Both the position numbers and the translations under genes were made by a program. This document shows positions 1 to 11,241 of a DNA stretch of 28,027 bases, piece after piece. Source of the stretch: a virus (taxonomy: Duplodnaviria > Caudoviricetes); the IMG/VR virus record IMGVR_UViG_3300033076_000038, positions 1 through 28,027 of that record; one strand, given 5' to 3'. How positions within the stretch are numbered: position 1 is the stretch's first letter; every line of letters begins with the position of its first letter. The notes under the pieces are model-generated. The model did no database searches, was not told where the DNA came from, and was given only the letters and a program-made list of their open reading frames with translations.

Positions 1-125
1 AGAACCTTGTCTTCGTTCATCTTGAAGACGCCGTTTTCGGAGTTCACAAGCCGCGCAAGGCCCATGATCCCCTCTTCATCCTCTGGTGTTGCAGTGCGAA
101 CGTGAATTTCGCTTGCCTTCTTCAT
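1..125 (-). CDS. Partial CDS running off the left edge; GNAT-acetyltransferase-like N-terminus
   Basis: Not in ORF track. Manual translation MKKASEIHVRTATPEDEEGIMGLARLVNSENGVFKMNEDKV...; SD AGGAGGG upstream; 'VRxATxED..I..L' is a typical GNAT beta1-alpha1 start. Confidence 0.6.
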   Translation of the reverse strand, partial: MKKASEIHVRTATPEDEEGIMGLARLVNSENGVFKMNEDKV

Positions 126-139
126 TAACTTCCCTCCTG

Positions 140-637
140 TTAATCTCTTTGGGGAGGCGGGAGGTTCTTGAGAGTTTTAATGGTATTGGCCCTTTCAGAC
201 TTAACCCATTCATCAAGAGCCTTATGCCCCGTATCAAGGTCGCCGCCACCAAATCCCTTAACCGCATCTGGCGGAATAACGTATTCTCCGCCAGCGGCTA
301 CGATTGCCACTGGGGTTTCAGAGCCTGTTGCCTCAACATCACCGCCATTAGCCATGCGCTGCTTAACCATGTAGTCGATGATGTCAAAGCCGTGGGCTGT
401 ATTGCCCTCACCAATGGCGGAAATGATGTCCGCCGGAATAACGTAAGAACCCGAAGGAACGTGCATTGGAAGATGATCTGTGCGTCCGGCAACCGGAGCT
501 TTGATTGCTCCAGTGTGAAGCTTTGTAGCGCCGCCAATAGGCGTCACAGGCTCTTGCGGCTTTACAGTTTTGGCAATGTTAAGAGCCTTGTTGATGGTTT
601 TGTCAGAAGCCAATTGCGATTTCATTTGCTCACCCAT
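140..637 (-). CDS. Hypothetical virion-associated protein with a tandemly duplicated 'G(S/E)YVIPxD..G.G' domain split by a MANGG motif
   Basis: 165 aa; halves PSGSYVIPADIISAIGEGNTAHGFDIIDYMV and AGGEYVIPPDAVKGFGGGDLDTGHKALDEWV align by eye; resembles the 'G.SD.IPA.LS.GE(F/Y)V' domain of phage tape-measure/ejection proteins. Confidence 0.8.
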   Translation of the reverse strand: MGEQMKSQLASDKTINKALNIAKTVKPQEPVTPIGGATKLHTGAIKAPVAGRTDHLPMHVPSGSYVIPADIISAIGEGNTAHGFDIIDYMVKQRMANGGDVEATGSETPVAIVAAGGEYVIPPDAVKGFGGGDLDTGHKALDEWVKSERANTIKTLKNLPPPQRD

Positions 638-1001
638 TGGAATAGGAAATGCTGATTACAGAACCAGCCGCTGGCTTGACAACAAGTCCGTTAAAAAAAG
701 AAAAGTTAACCGTGATGATGCCTACCGCATTTGGAATTGCACAAATTACATTTGTATCATCTGCCAGAGCCACAGAGGAAATATCATAAATTTTCCCTCC
801 CGCCGCAGCGGCGACAACAGAAACGCTAACCAAGCGCCCTGCCCCACCTACGATAAGAGAATCACCAGAAATCCCAAGATATGTGTCGTTTCCGACAAAA
901 CTTTCATAAATGTCTTTGAACGCTGCCAAAGATTGGACAAGCGAATTTACAGCGACAACGCCATTTTTTTGCACCGTTACGACATCATCGAGGCTAGCCA
1001 T
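630..1001 (-). CDS. Hypothetical tail-region protein
   Basis: 123-aa ORF tightly coupled to both neighbours; N-terminal helix then beta-rich region. Confidence 0.75.
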   Translation of the reverse strand: MASLDDVVTVQKNGVVAVNSLVQSLAAFKDIYESFVGNDTYLGISGDSLIVGGAGRLVSVSVVAAAAGGKIYDISSVALADDTNVICAIPNAVGIITVNFSFFNGLVVKPAAGSVISISYSNG

Positions 1002-1003
1002 GA

Positions 1004-3430
1004 TCAGAACTTCCCATCTGGTTGGAACCTATACCTTAGCGCACCAAGACGCCAAAAGCTGTCAGCATCAGTGCTGGAAACACCTATAGCGATTAAACGA
1101 CCACGCATACGAACGCTAAGATATTCAGTATCTTGCGTGACGCTGTAGGGTCCATATTGAGTAGGTGTGTCGCCCGGATAATTTGTTACAAAAAATGTAA
1201 TTTTAACTGTTGCATTTTTTGTTTGATCATCAACAAACCCCCACTTCATATCGGGCCAAACTTGGTCGATAAAAATCAAATTATCAGCTTCTGATATTTC
1301 TGCATATCCAGTTGTAAAACCAGAACTCATTGCAAAATTATCAGCGTTATTGCTGGTTTCATGTTGATAGATGTAAAACCCTGTCGTTTCACCCGGAACG
1401 CTTGTTGCCGCCGCTGCTGCAATAGGAGGGCCAAAAATAGACTGGTCGATCCATGCAGTGCGTCCAACCAAAATTTCAGGCTCGTCAGAATGTTGATAGC
1501 CATAATCCCATTGATTAAGAGAAACATTATACTTCACATATGCGTTTACTTCTCCAGTACCAACATACTGTTGATCAATATTCAAGCCAGTTTCAGGATC
1601 AATATTGTTCGTAAGATAAGCAGGGAAATACCATGTGATTTCATTGAACTGACTATTTGCCGCACACCTGATGCGATCAGTGTATGGATTTCCATTGCTG
1701 TCAACGCCGGGATACAAATTTTGGAAAACCTGATCCCAGACAGGACATGGGATAACTTCTACGCCATTGCCAGCAAATCTAAAAAATTGCTTTTGGCTCA
1801 TCCAGTAAACAACGCCACCCATTTGGCTGGCGGCTTTTTGAGAAATAAGGCCAGCATTTGCGCCAATTTTATTAAAGCTATAGACATACGGCTGTCCAAT
1901 GTAAGTCATAGACCAAAGGTCAAGATCAGTCCAAAGGAGTGCCTGCTGTGAAGCCTGAAGCCCCCCAACAATTTTTGACCCAATAGGGATGCGATAGCTG
2001 CCAGCCTGATTGTTTGCTGTCGCCTGCCACACGGAAAAATCTTCAATGTCGCACCAGCGAACAAGAAGTGGGTCTTGTATTGTCCCGAATGAAGAGCCGA
2101 ATGCAATCATTTGCCGTTGAGGCATCGCAACGAAAGCACCAGTATTATAAATAGGTGAATTTGGCATATAGCCAAGATTCTGTATAGAACCGCCTGACGG
2201 TTGCCAGTAATAAATTGCCCCGTTTTTAGGGCAAGCCGTTAAAATTGAACCCCAATTGTCAAGAGTCCAGTCTGTTGCTGTTATTGGATTGCCGGTCGAA
2301 CCCGATGGGATTGAACCACTGCCATATAAGCCTTCTCCATATATTCCGCCTCCATAATAAAAATTGTTACCGGGAGATGTTGAGTCAGACAGACCTACAA
2401 AAAAGTTTGCTTGCAATTTACCTAGATTTTCAAATTGGCTTGCAGAACTTGTGGCTGCTTGATTGTCAACAATTTCAAATTTGTCAAAGGAGATAACCCG
2501 GCTTACAGTATAAAGCCCCGAAATTGTCGCCCCGCCAACATTAGTGGCGATTGGAACATTGAAAATATCACCAACAGAATAGCCGTGGTTAACCAAATCA
2601 ACGGTAACGGTAAATGAGTTAAGAGTTGTGGTAAACTTGGGGGGAATGCCAGAAAGAGTTACACGCGCATTTACATTTCCGCCAAAAGATGTGGCGGTAG
2701 TAGAGACGCCGGTCTGCGTATATTTAATTGTGTATTGTGTTACATCGCCAGCCGTTGTGCTGATTGTAAAATTGCCATCAAAACTTGTGTCGCTGACGCC
2801 GCCAACAAAAATATTTTGCCCAGCATAAAAGGTATGTGGAACTGAAAATTGAACAGTCACAATTCTATCAGAGCCTGATGTTGTGGCTGATATTTTAGAT
2901 ATTGGCGTTAAAAGATCAGGAACTACAAATGTTATAAATCCAGAACCAATTGTAAGGACATCATAAGGACCAATTAAATTTACATTCCCAATATTAATAA
3001 TAGTTGGAAAATAAACATAAGATGATGAGTTCGGTATGTTTGGCAAATAAAGCGTCACAGACTGGGTATTACTTGCCGTTGTAATGCCATATGTTGACCC
3101 AACAGTAACATCCTGCGACAAAAAGTTTGGAGTAATTAAGGTAAGTGCTGAGTTCGACTGAGAATATACCTGAACCCCAACACTGCCCTCTCCAGCAATT
3201 GCTAGAAATTTATTAAATTGTATATCACTCCATGCGTTCATCGCCCTAATCGGGGCGGCAAAACTTGTCGCAATGAAACGAGTCCACCCGCCAAGTTTTT
3301 GAACAAGACCCAATTCAGACCTGTCAGGCATAAACCTGATCAAATTGCTGTAAGATACAGCGAGTTCATTGAGTGCGGGTGTTTTGTTTGTGTCAACACC
3401 CGGAACAACTTTAAGCGTTGCACGCGGCAT
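1004..3430 (-). CDS. Tail stabilisation/nozzle protein (P22 gp10 / tail tubular protein B-like) with beta-sandwich inserts
   Basis: 808 aa; follows the adaptor gene; beta-propeller-like segments (LVRWCDIEDFSVW, ALLWTDLDLWSM, VVYWMSQKQFF); C-terminus 'RMRGRLIAI...WRLGALRYRFQPDG'; two inserts of the 'TV...H..Y..G..I.V...G.(F/Y)T(I/V)' type. Confidence 0.75.
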   Translation of the reverse strand: MPRATLKVVPGVDTNKTPALNELAVSYSNLIRFMPDRSELGLVQKLGGWTRFIATSFAAPIRAMNAWSDIQFNKFLAIAGEGSVGVQVYSQSNSALTLITPNFLSQDVTVGSTYGITTASNTQSVTLYLPNIPNSSSYVYFPTIINIGNVNLIGPYDVLTIGSGFITFVVPDLLTPISKISATTSGSDRIVTVQFSVPHTFYAGQNIFVGGVSDTSFDGNFTISTTAGDVTQYTIKYTQTGVSTTATSFGGNVNARVTLSGIPPKFTTTLNSFTVTVDLVNHGYSVGDIFNVPIATNVGGATISGLYTVSRVISFDKFEIVDNQAATSSASQFENLGKLQANFFVGLSDSTSPGNNFYYGGGIYGEGLYGSGSIPSGSTGNPITATDWTLDNWGSILTACPKNGAIYYWQPSGGSIQNLGYMPNSPIYNTGAFVAMPQRQMIAFGSSFGTIQDPLLVRWCDIEDFSVWQATANNQAGSYRIPIGSKIVGGLQASQQALLWTDLDLWSMTYIGQPYVYSFNKIGANAGLISQKAASQMGGVVYWMSQKQFFRFAGNGVEVIPCPVWDQVFQNLYPGVDSNGNPYTDRIRCAANSQFNEITWYFPAYLTNNIDPETGLNIDQQYVGTGEVNAYVKYNVSLNQWDYGYQHSDEPEILVGRTAWIDQSIFGPPIAAAAATSVPGETTGFYIYQHETSNNADNFAMSSGFTTGYAEISEADNLIFIDQVWPDMKWGFVDDQTKNATVKITFFVTNYPGDTPTQYGPYSVTQDTEYLSVRMRGRLIAIGVSSTDADSFWRLGALRYRFQPDGKF

Positions 3431-3433
3431 TTA

Positions 3434-4147
3434 TTACCCCCTGCCCGGAGTTGCGACCGGCGACGGCGACATGGATGACCATCCGCTGGCGGCGAATTTT
3501 TTGCGGTATTCCTCAACAGTCGCGCCCCTAAGCAGAGCCTGATACTGCGACTCATACGACTGAGCCATCGCCGGATCATCGCTCTGGCGGCCAAAATTGC
3601 GCTGATAGCCGCTGATAAAGATCATGGAGGCCATCAAGAACAGATCAGGCAGATACTGAGAAATGAATGTGGTCGTGTTGGAAGACGAAAGTGTATTTGG
3701 GCGGTATGTCCCGATGATTTCCAGCGTGTAGGTGTCATCCGGCCACGGCCCAAGGGAGAACGTCCGTTCGTCAATCATGGCAAAATACTCAGGGACGCCA
3801 GCATTCGTGTTATTGGGCCACGAATACTGGATATACTCTTTGGATACCGGCAGCACAGGGTTGCGGGTGCCAGCATCAGGGTTAAGAGTACCCGCCGGGG
3901 TGATGACGTTAACATTCTGCAAGGTCACGAATGTACCCTGAGTCAACTGCACCTTAGAGGCGTTGGCGGTAGTCGAAAATGTCGTGTTCGTCAGGACAGT
4001 GGAGAGAAGGTCAAGGTCGCGGTAAATGCGGAGTTCTGCATAGTCGATTGCGTCGGGAAGAATAGCAAGCCAGTTCGGGTCAGTCTCAGGGACAACCGAA
4101 AGCGTAGCCAAAGCTGTTTTGTAAGTCGCGTAAGTCAAACCAGCCAT
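3434..4147 (-). CDS. Head-tail adaptor / tail tubular protein A-like
   Basis: 237 aa; 'IDYAELRIYRDL' helix and 'GVPEYFA...LGPWPDDTY' motif; immediately upstream of the stabilisation protein. Confidence 0.7.
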   Translation of the reverse strand: MAGLTYATYKTALATLSVVPETDPNWLAILPDAIDYAELRIYRDLDLLSTVLTNTTFSTTANASKVQLTQGTFVTLQNVNVITPAGTLNPDAGTRNPVLPVSKEYIQYSWPNNTNAGVPEYFAMIDERTFSLGPWPDDTYTLEIIGTYRPNTLSSSNTTTFISQYLPDLFLMASMIFISGYQRNFGRQSDDPAMAQSYESQYQALLRGATVEEYRKKFAASGWSSMSPSPVATPGRG

Positions 4148-4209
4148 TATACGCCCTCATTAACTTCGTGTTTTCAGGGTTTTACCATAACCTGATGCGT
4201 GTAGGAAGC

Positions 4210-4482
4210 CTATTGCTTTGCATATTCTTTGCGGATTTCCGCGTACCACTGGCGGGAACAGTCCAGCCGTCCATTAGCCGCCTTTAATGCCGCCCGGTGC
4301 CGTGCAAGAGCCGCCCGTGCATCCTCACCGGCAATCAGGTCTGGGGTCGCCACGGGAGACATACACGAAGCCGGGGGCGGCAAATTAACGGGTCTTACCG
4401 TTCCCTTTGATGTTGCGCAGCCTGTTAACGTCATCAGGAGTAAGGGCGCAGCGATCAGCGCGACTTTTGAGTTCTTCTTCAT
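4210..4482 (-). CDS. Outer-membrane spanin (Rz1-like lipoprotein)
   Basis: Signal peptide MKKNSKVALIAAPLLLMT with lipobox LTG-C, Pro-rich stretch (LPPPASCMSP); overlaps the 3' end of the i-spanin in another frame. Confidence 0.85.
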   Translation of the reverse strand: MKKNSKVALIAAPLLLMTLTGCATSKGTVRPVNLPPPASCMSPVATPDLIAGEDARAALARHRAALKAANGRLDCSRQWYAEIRKEYAKQ

Positions 4483-4756
4483 ACTTGGCTACCTCTTGAT
4501 CCATCTTGGCGGCTTCGTCCTCTAGCTGCTTCACATATGCCGCCAGATTGGTGGTCGCCAAATCAGCGATCTTGCGGTCACGCTCCATAGCAGCAATCTG
4601 GGCCAGCAGTTCCTTCTCCCGGCAATTTGCAGAACTGTCCATGCGGCCCTTCATGTAGGAGCCGCCTAGCGCGCTGGTAATCAGCCCGATAATGAGCAAA
4701 GGGGCCACCCATGACGGTAGCCCCAGCCATGCCAAAAATCGCAGAAGCGCGCTCAT
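4385..4756 (-). CDS. Inner-membrane spanin (Rz-like)
   Basis: N-terminal TM segment, then coiled coil and a C-terminal Cys; directly after the endolysin with ATGA overlap. Confidence 0.8.
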   Translation of the reverse strand: MSALLRFLAWLGLPSWVAPLLIIGLITSALGGSYMKGRMDSSANCREKELLAQIAAMERDRKIADLATTNLAAYVKQLEDEAAKMDQEVAKYEEELKSRADRCALTPDDVNRLRNIKGNGKTR

Positions 4757-5475
4757 CTGCTGAACAACCCTTGTTCAATTTCACGGCGATAGATAAACCA
4801 GAAGAACAGGATAAAGGCCATAAGGCCAATAACCAGCACAATCAATGACTTATAGTCAAAACCATCAAAGGCAGCAAATGTTGCGACTCCGCCGCCGCCA
4901 ACCCAGCCCATAATTGATGTCCAGACCCGGCGATGCTGAAGCACGGGCTTCTTGTCAGTTACCAGCATTTCGCCTTCCGCCTTCGGCGTCGTAACAGGCT
5001 CTTCGGCAATCACATGCTTGCCGCTGCCAGAAAGGAACAGATCGCGCTCTTCTGAGCGGCGATTAATGAGGCCCTTCATAACCTTGCCGTTAGCCTTAAC
5101 AAACAGCATGAAGGCTTCAGCCGCCCCGGCATCGTCGCCAGCGTTGAACTTGCGCAGGACTGTCGATTTCTTGAAGTTTCCAAGGCCAATGTTAAACGCC
5201 AGACTGACCATAGCGTCAAACTGAGCCTGCTTGGGAGTGCGCTTCAGGGCCGCACTGACGCCGTCCTCAAATACCTTCAGGTCGGCCTGTAGAATTGATG
5301 TAGCCTCTTTGGCCGTTATCTTCATGCCGCGTGTGACTTTCGGCGGCCCAGCGGCATAGGTGTGGCCGTAGCCAATTGTATACGGTTCACCGCCAGTGCC
5401 GGGATCAGCATAGGCTGTAAGGCGCAGCCCTTCCCATTTTTTTAGGATATTCAAACCAGCGGCAGAGGTCTTCAT
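4753..5475 (-). CDS. Endolysin, GH24 phage lysozyme, with hydrophobic C-terminal extension
   Basis: WEGLRLTAYADPGTGGEPYTIGYGHT (E...D...T triad), QFDAMVSLAFNIG, GLINRRSEERDLF. Confidence 0.93.
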   Translation of the reverse strand: MKTSAAGLNILKKWEGLRLTAYADPGTGGEPYTIGYGHTYAAGPPKVTRGMKITAKEATSILQADLKVFEDGVSAALKRTPKQAQFDAMVSLAFNIGLGNFKKSTVLRKFNAGDDAGAAEAFMLFVKANGKVMKGLINRRSEERDLFLSGSGKHVIAEEPVTTPKAEGEMLVTDKKPVLQHRRVWTSIMGWVGGGGVATFAAFDGFDYKSLIVLVIGLMAFILFFWFIYRREIEQGLFSR

Positions 5476-5759
5476 TTCGTGTTACCCTGCTCTACAATAT
5501 TAAGCTTTTGTTCAATACGGTTAAGGCTCTCAACTATAAATTTTAACTGCTGTTCAAGTACGATTATGCGTTCTGTTTGGTTGCTGTTGCTTGCGGCGAT
5601 CTCTTCAAGACGCGAAATTCGGCCATCAACTGACGTTTTCCATGCCGTTGCAACCGTCAAAAACGATACAGTCTGCACTGCAAGAGCGATGATAATTCCA
5701 ATCGGAACCTTTTTATCAAGATGCCATTCTTCTTTTTGCATCGCGTAATCCACCTGCAT
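5472..5759 (-). CDS. Putative holin-like single-TM coiled-coil protein
   Basis: 95 aa; TM segment VPIGIIIALAVQTVSFLTVA then coiled coil; ATGA overlap with the endolysin start. Confidence 0.55.
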   Translation of the reverse strand: MQVDYAMQKEEWHLDKKVPIGIIIALAVQTVSFLTVATAWKTSVDGRISRLEEIAASNSNQTERIIVLEQQLKFIVESLNRIEQKLNIVEQGNTK

Positions 5760-5825
5760 TCCCCAAATGCCTTGCAGTCAAGCAGAACCAACTGCCGTTC
5801 ACAGTTTTTATCTGACTTTTACGCC

Positions 5826-5850
5826 AAAGAAAAGGGGGCGATTAGCCCCC
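5826..5850 (-). terminator. Probable intrinsic terminator after the glycosyltransferase
   Basis: Minus strand GGGGGC-UAAUC-GCCCCC followed by UUUUCUUU, overlapping the stop codon. Confidence 0.55.
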
Positions 5851-6915
5851 AAATTCCCTTCCTTCGTACCAGCCCTTGTCCCACAAATGCAAAAGCCTCT
5901 GGAAGTATGTTTCGTACTTTTTCCCGATGACATCCAAAGAATAAAGGCTGACCGCCCTGTTCCTGATTGCGGCTGTGTTCAGCTTCTCAACGTCCTGCGC
6001 CGCGCGCTTGAACTCACCAAAGGTCCGACACCTAAATCCAGTAACGCCATCAACAACAGTTTCAGTAAATGCGCCCCAGTCAGTTGTGATGACCGGCGTG
6101 CCACAAGCCTGAGCCTCAATGTTAACATTACCGAACGGCTCAACATAGATTGTCGGCACGAATACCGCCTTGGCGCGGGACATCAGCCTTCCGCGCTCTT
6201 CGGGGCCGACAACGCCCACATATTCGCAACCCAATGGCGGATCGCCTTGACCAGCCACCACAAGCTTCTTTCCAAGATCAAAGCAGACATCTGCCGCGAT
6301 CCGATAGCCCTTGCGGTCAATCAGGCGGCCAATGAAGAGATAGTAGTCATCCTTCTCTTCGCTGTAGGGAAATTGAGCCGGGTCCAGATAGCCCGGAATG
6401 ACTGTGTCCCACCACTGCCCGTCCACGCCGTGCGGGTCGCCGCCACGGGCTGCGCCATAGCACAGGTGCATCCAAGCGTAGCTTTCAAATACCCGGTACT
6501 TGGAGAAAGAGCCGCCATAGCCCACGCCAAACTCAACGGAGATCATGTTTGGCAGCGCATCAGCGATCTGTTTCTGGGCATATCCGCCAATGATGCAGAT
6601 AAAGTCTTTCTGGTTTGCGCGCTTCTTAATCTCTTCTACAACGCGATTGTTGGCGTTAACCCAGAAAGGCAAATTGTAATCAAAGCTGGCGGATGTGAAG
6701 TGCTTATCGCCAACATGAGCCACCCGGTCAGCCTCACTGACGCAGACAATATGCTCATCGCAGGGCGCTTCATTCTGCTCCCCACCATAAAGAAAGACCG
6801 TGTGTCCACGGTCCTTCATCATGCGGCAGAAGTTGATTACCTTGGCGGTGTAGGCACAACTAATGTATTCAGTTGTTGTGCAAGTATGCGGGAGTGCCGC
6901 TACATGGAATCTCAT
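5842..6915 (-). CDS. Glycosyltransferase, GT-B fold (GT4-like)
   Basis: YLFIGRLIDRKG and EPFGNVNIEAQACGTPVITTDWGAFTETVVDGVTGF (Ex7E) motifs; start moved to ATG 6915 (MRFHVAALPH) behind SD GGGAGGG; 357 aa. Confidence 0.9.
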   Translation of the reverse strand: MRFHVAALPHTCTTTEYISCAYTAKVINFCRMMKDRGHTVFLYGGEQNEAPCDEHIVCVSEADRVAHVGDKHFTSASFDYNLPFWVNANNRVVEEIKKRANQKDFICIIGGYAQKQIADALPNMISVEFGVGYGGSFSKYRVFESYAWMHLCYGAARGGDPHGVDGQWWDTVIPGYLDPAQFPYSEEKDDYYLFIGRLIDRKGYRIAADVCFDLGKKLVVAGQGDPPLGCEYVGVVGPEERGRLMSRAKAVFVPTIYVEPFGNVNIEAQACGTPVITTDWGAFTETVVDGVTGFRCRTFGEFKRAAQDVEKLNTAAIRNRAVSLYSLDVIGKKYETYFQRLLHLWDKGWYEGREFGG

Positions 6916-6934
6916 TGTCCCTCCCACAATGAAA

Positions 6935-7282
6935 TTAAGATTGCCACGGAGGCGGCAACGGCCCTCCAGTGGGGTTCTTTTGGGCGTCAATCTGATTGGC
7001 AAGGCTTGTCTGCAATTCAGCCACCTGTTCAGCGCCCATTGCATCTTCAACCCAACCCTGAACAATCTCAGGCGTCAAATCGGCGTATGCAATAAACGGC
7101 TGACCCGGAGGCTTCATTCCAACAGTGCCATATACATAAGCCGTGTAATTTCCACCCACAGCGGTATAAATCCAATGAACAGTAGTAACCACATTCTGAA
7201 CGGAATCTCCAGTCTGCGGATCAACCTCGTTATAAATTACATCCAAAGTAGGGAATGACCATGTATAGGTGATAGCCATCAT
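6935..7282 (-). CDS. Tail-fibre-associated hypothetical protein
   Basis: 115 aa; MAITYTW...VVTTVHW...FIAYADLTPEIVQGWV...LPPPW, a type commonly found after S74-bearing fibres; SD AAGGAG. Confidence 0.75.
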   Translation of the reverse strand: MMAITYTWSFPTLDVIYNEVDPQTGDSVQNVVTTVHWIYTAVGGNYTAYVYGTVGMKPPGQPFIAYADLTPEIVQGWVEDAMGAEQVAELQTSLANQIDAQKNPTGGPLPPPWQS

Positions 7283-7443
7283 TAAAACTCCTTTGTTTCT
7301 TTTTGCGCCTCAACCGCTGCGTCTTCTATCTTCTTCATAATGACAAGAGCCGCACTAGCGTTGCGAATGCCGCCAGCTTTTACGGCTATGTCAAGAAGAT
7401 TAGCCAAAGCATTCGCTTCTTCATTTGTCAGTGTAATATTCAT
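7282..7443 (-). CDS. Small hypothetical protein (53 aa), below the ORF-track cutoff
   Basis: Manual translation MNITLTNEEANALANLLDIAVKAGGIRNASAALVIMKKIEDAAVEAQKETKEF; SD AGGAGG; TAATG overlap with the next gene. Confidence 0.85.
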   Translation of the reverse strand: MNITLTNEEANALANLLDIAVKAGGIRNASAALVIMKKIEDAAVEAQKETKEF

Positions 7444-7468
7444 GTTGCCTCCTGTTTTGTGAATGAGA

Positions 7469-7484
7469 TTAATGTCATTTTAAC
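7469..7484. promoter_or_regulatory. Candidate CtrA box (TTAA-N7-TTAAC)
   Basis: TTAA TGTCATT TTAAC, exact match to the alphaproteobacterial CtrA consensus, about 25 bp upstream of the 7443 start; single instance, may be chance. Confidence 0.35.
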
Positions 7485-7719
7485 ATAAAGAAAACAATCA
7501 AAGCAGCAGAACACACAAGAAATGGCGCAAGGACACCCGGCCAGTCAAACGGCAATCCCGGACCATCGCCCTGTTCCCACTGTGTAAACTCACGGCCAAC
7601 ATAAAACGCCACGCCAGCCGCCAAGCCTGCGGTAAGGCCCAGCGGCCACCACAGGACTGCGGCGATTAGCAGTGCAATCACCGCATGACATGCGTAGTAT
7701 CGGGGAAGCGGGCAGTCCA

Positions 7720-7720
<1 letters not shown>
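7475..7720 (-). CDS. Small membrane protein (2-3 TM)
   Basis: 81 aa, strongly hydrophobic apart from a GREFTQWEQ loop; TAATG overlap with the fibre stop. Confidence 0.7.
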
Positions 7721-10523
<2,803 letters not shown>

Positions 10524-10524
<1 letters not shown>

Positions 10525-11234
10525 CAGAGCGGTCCTGTCTTCGGAATTTCATTGAAGTTATAAGGCAGGGCGGGGCTATTCACAATATATCCGCCACTCA
10601 AATAAGCATTGGTAAAAGTAGAATTATTCAAATCAACAGTATTGGCGCTGACAACAGTAATAGTCCAGTTGCCGTTTGCTTCTGTAGTTCCCAATACATC
10701 GCCAATAGTAACAGTTTGACCTGTAATCATGCCATTTGTAGTGTTAACAGTCAGGCGAATACCGCCAGACCCGTTGTTAAAGGCATTGGAGATCGTGCGA
10801 TATGTGACTGCGTTCGGGTCGGTGCCGGGAAGCTGATTGGTGCCGTAAGGCGGCTCACCAGTCTCCTGAGTGACGCGGTAATCGTTGTTTTCAGTGATGC
10901 GAAGAGTGTTGCCCGGAATGGGGATGCCCGTGGTCGGATCAACTGTATTCTGGCCCGATGTGGCGCGATAATCGGTTTCCGCCTGCTGGTAATTCTGAAC
11001 ACGCGGGTTCATGACCGGCATCGGGTCAGCAGGAAGCACAATGGCGCGAAGCTGGGTATTGGGGATGTCGTTGCAACGGCGGCAAACAAGCTGCCTTTTG
11101 TTTACAAGCTTGTTGCCGCCCCACTCAAACTGCCAGCGAAGTTCGGAGTGGTTGTAAAGAAATCCGCAGTCATCGCAGATCGCAAATGCTTCAGGGTTAC
11201 GCGAACTTACCTTTGCTCTACCATGAGGACGCAT
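10524..11234 (-). CDS. Virion protein with N-terminal CxxC...CxxC motif and C-terminal beta-sandwich domain
   Basis: AICDDCGF...LVCRRCND; C-terminal '[29 protein letters not shown]' resembles the inserts in the 808-aa protein; TGATG overlap with the fibre. Confidence 0.75.
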
Positions 11235-11241
11235 TCTGGCC

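Noticed and set aside
4148-4209. Possible promoter or hairpin between the spanin and adaptor genes
   Set aside because: Weak -35/-10 match and only a short stem; not supportable.
6916-7065. N-terminal extension of the glycosyltransferase in the ORF track
   Set aside because: Overlaps the upstream gene; ATG 6915 has a strong SD and a GT-B-like first strand.
5767-7095. 442-aa plus-strand ORF
   Set aside because: Antisense to the glycosyltransferase; translation has no protein-like motifs.
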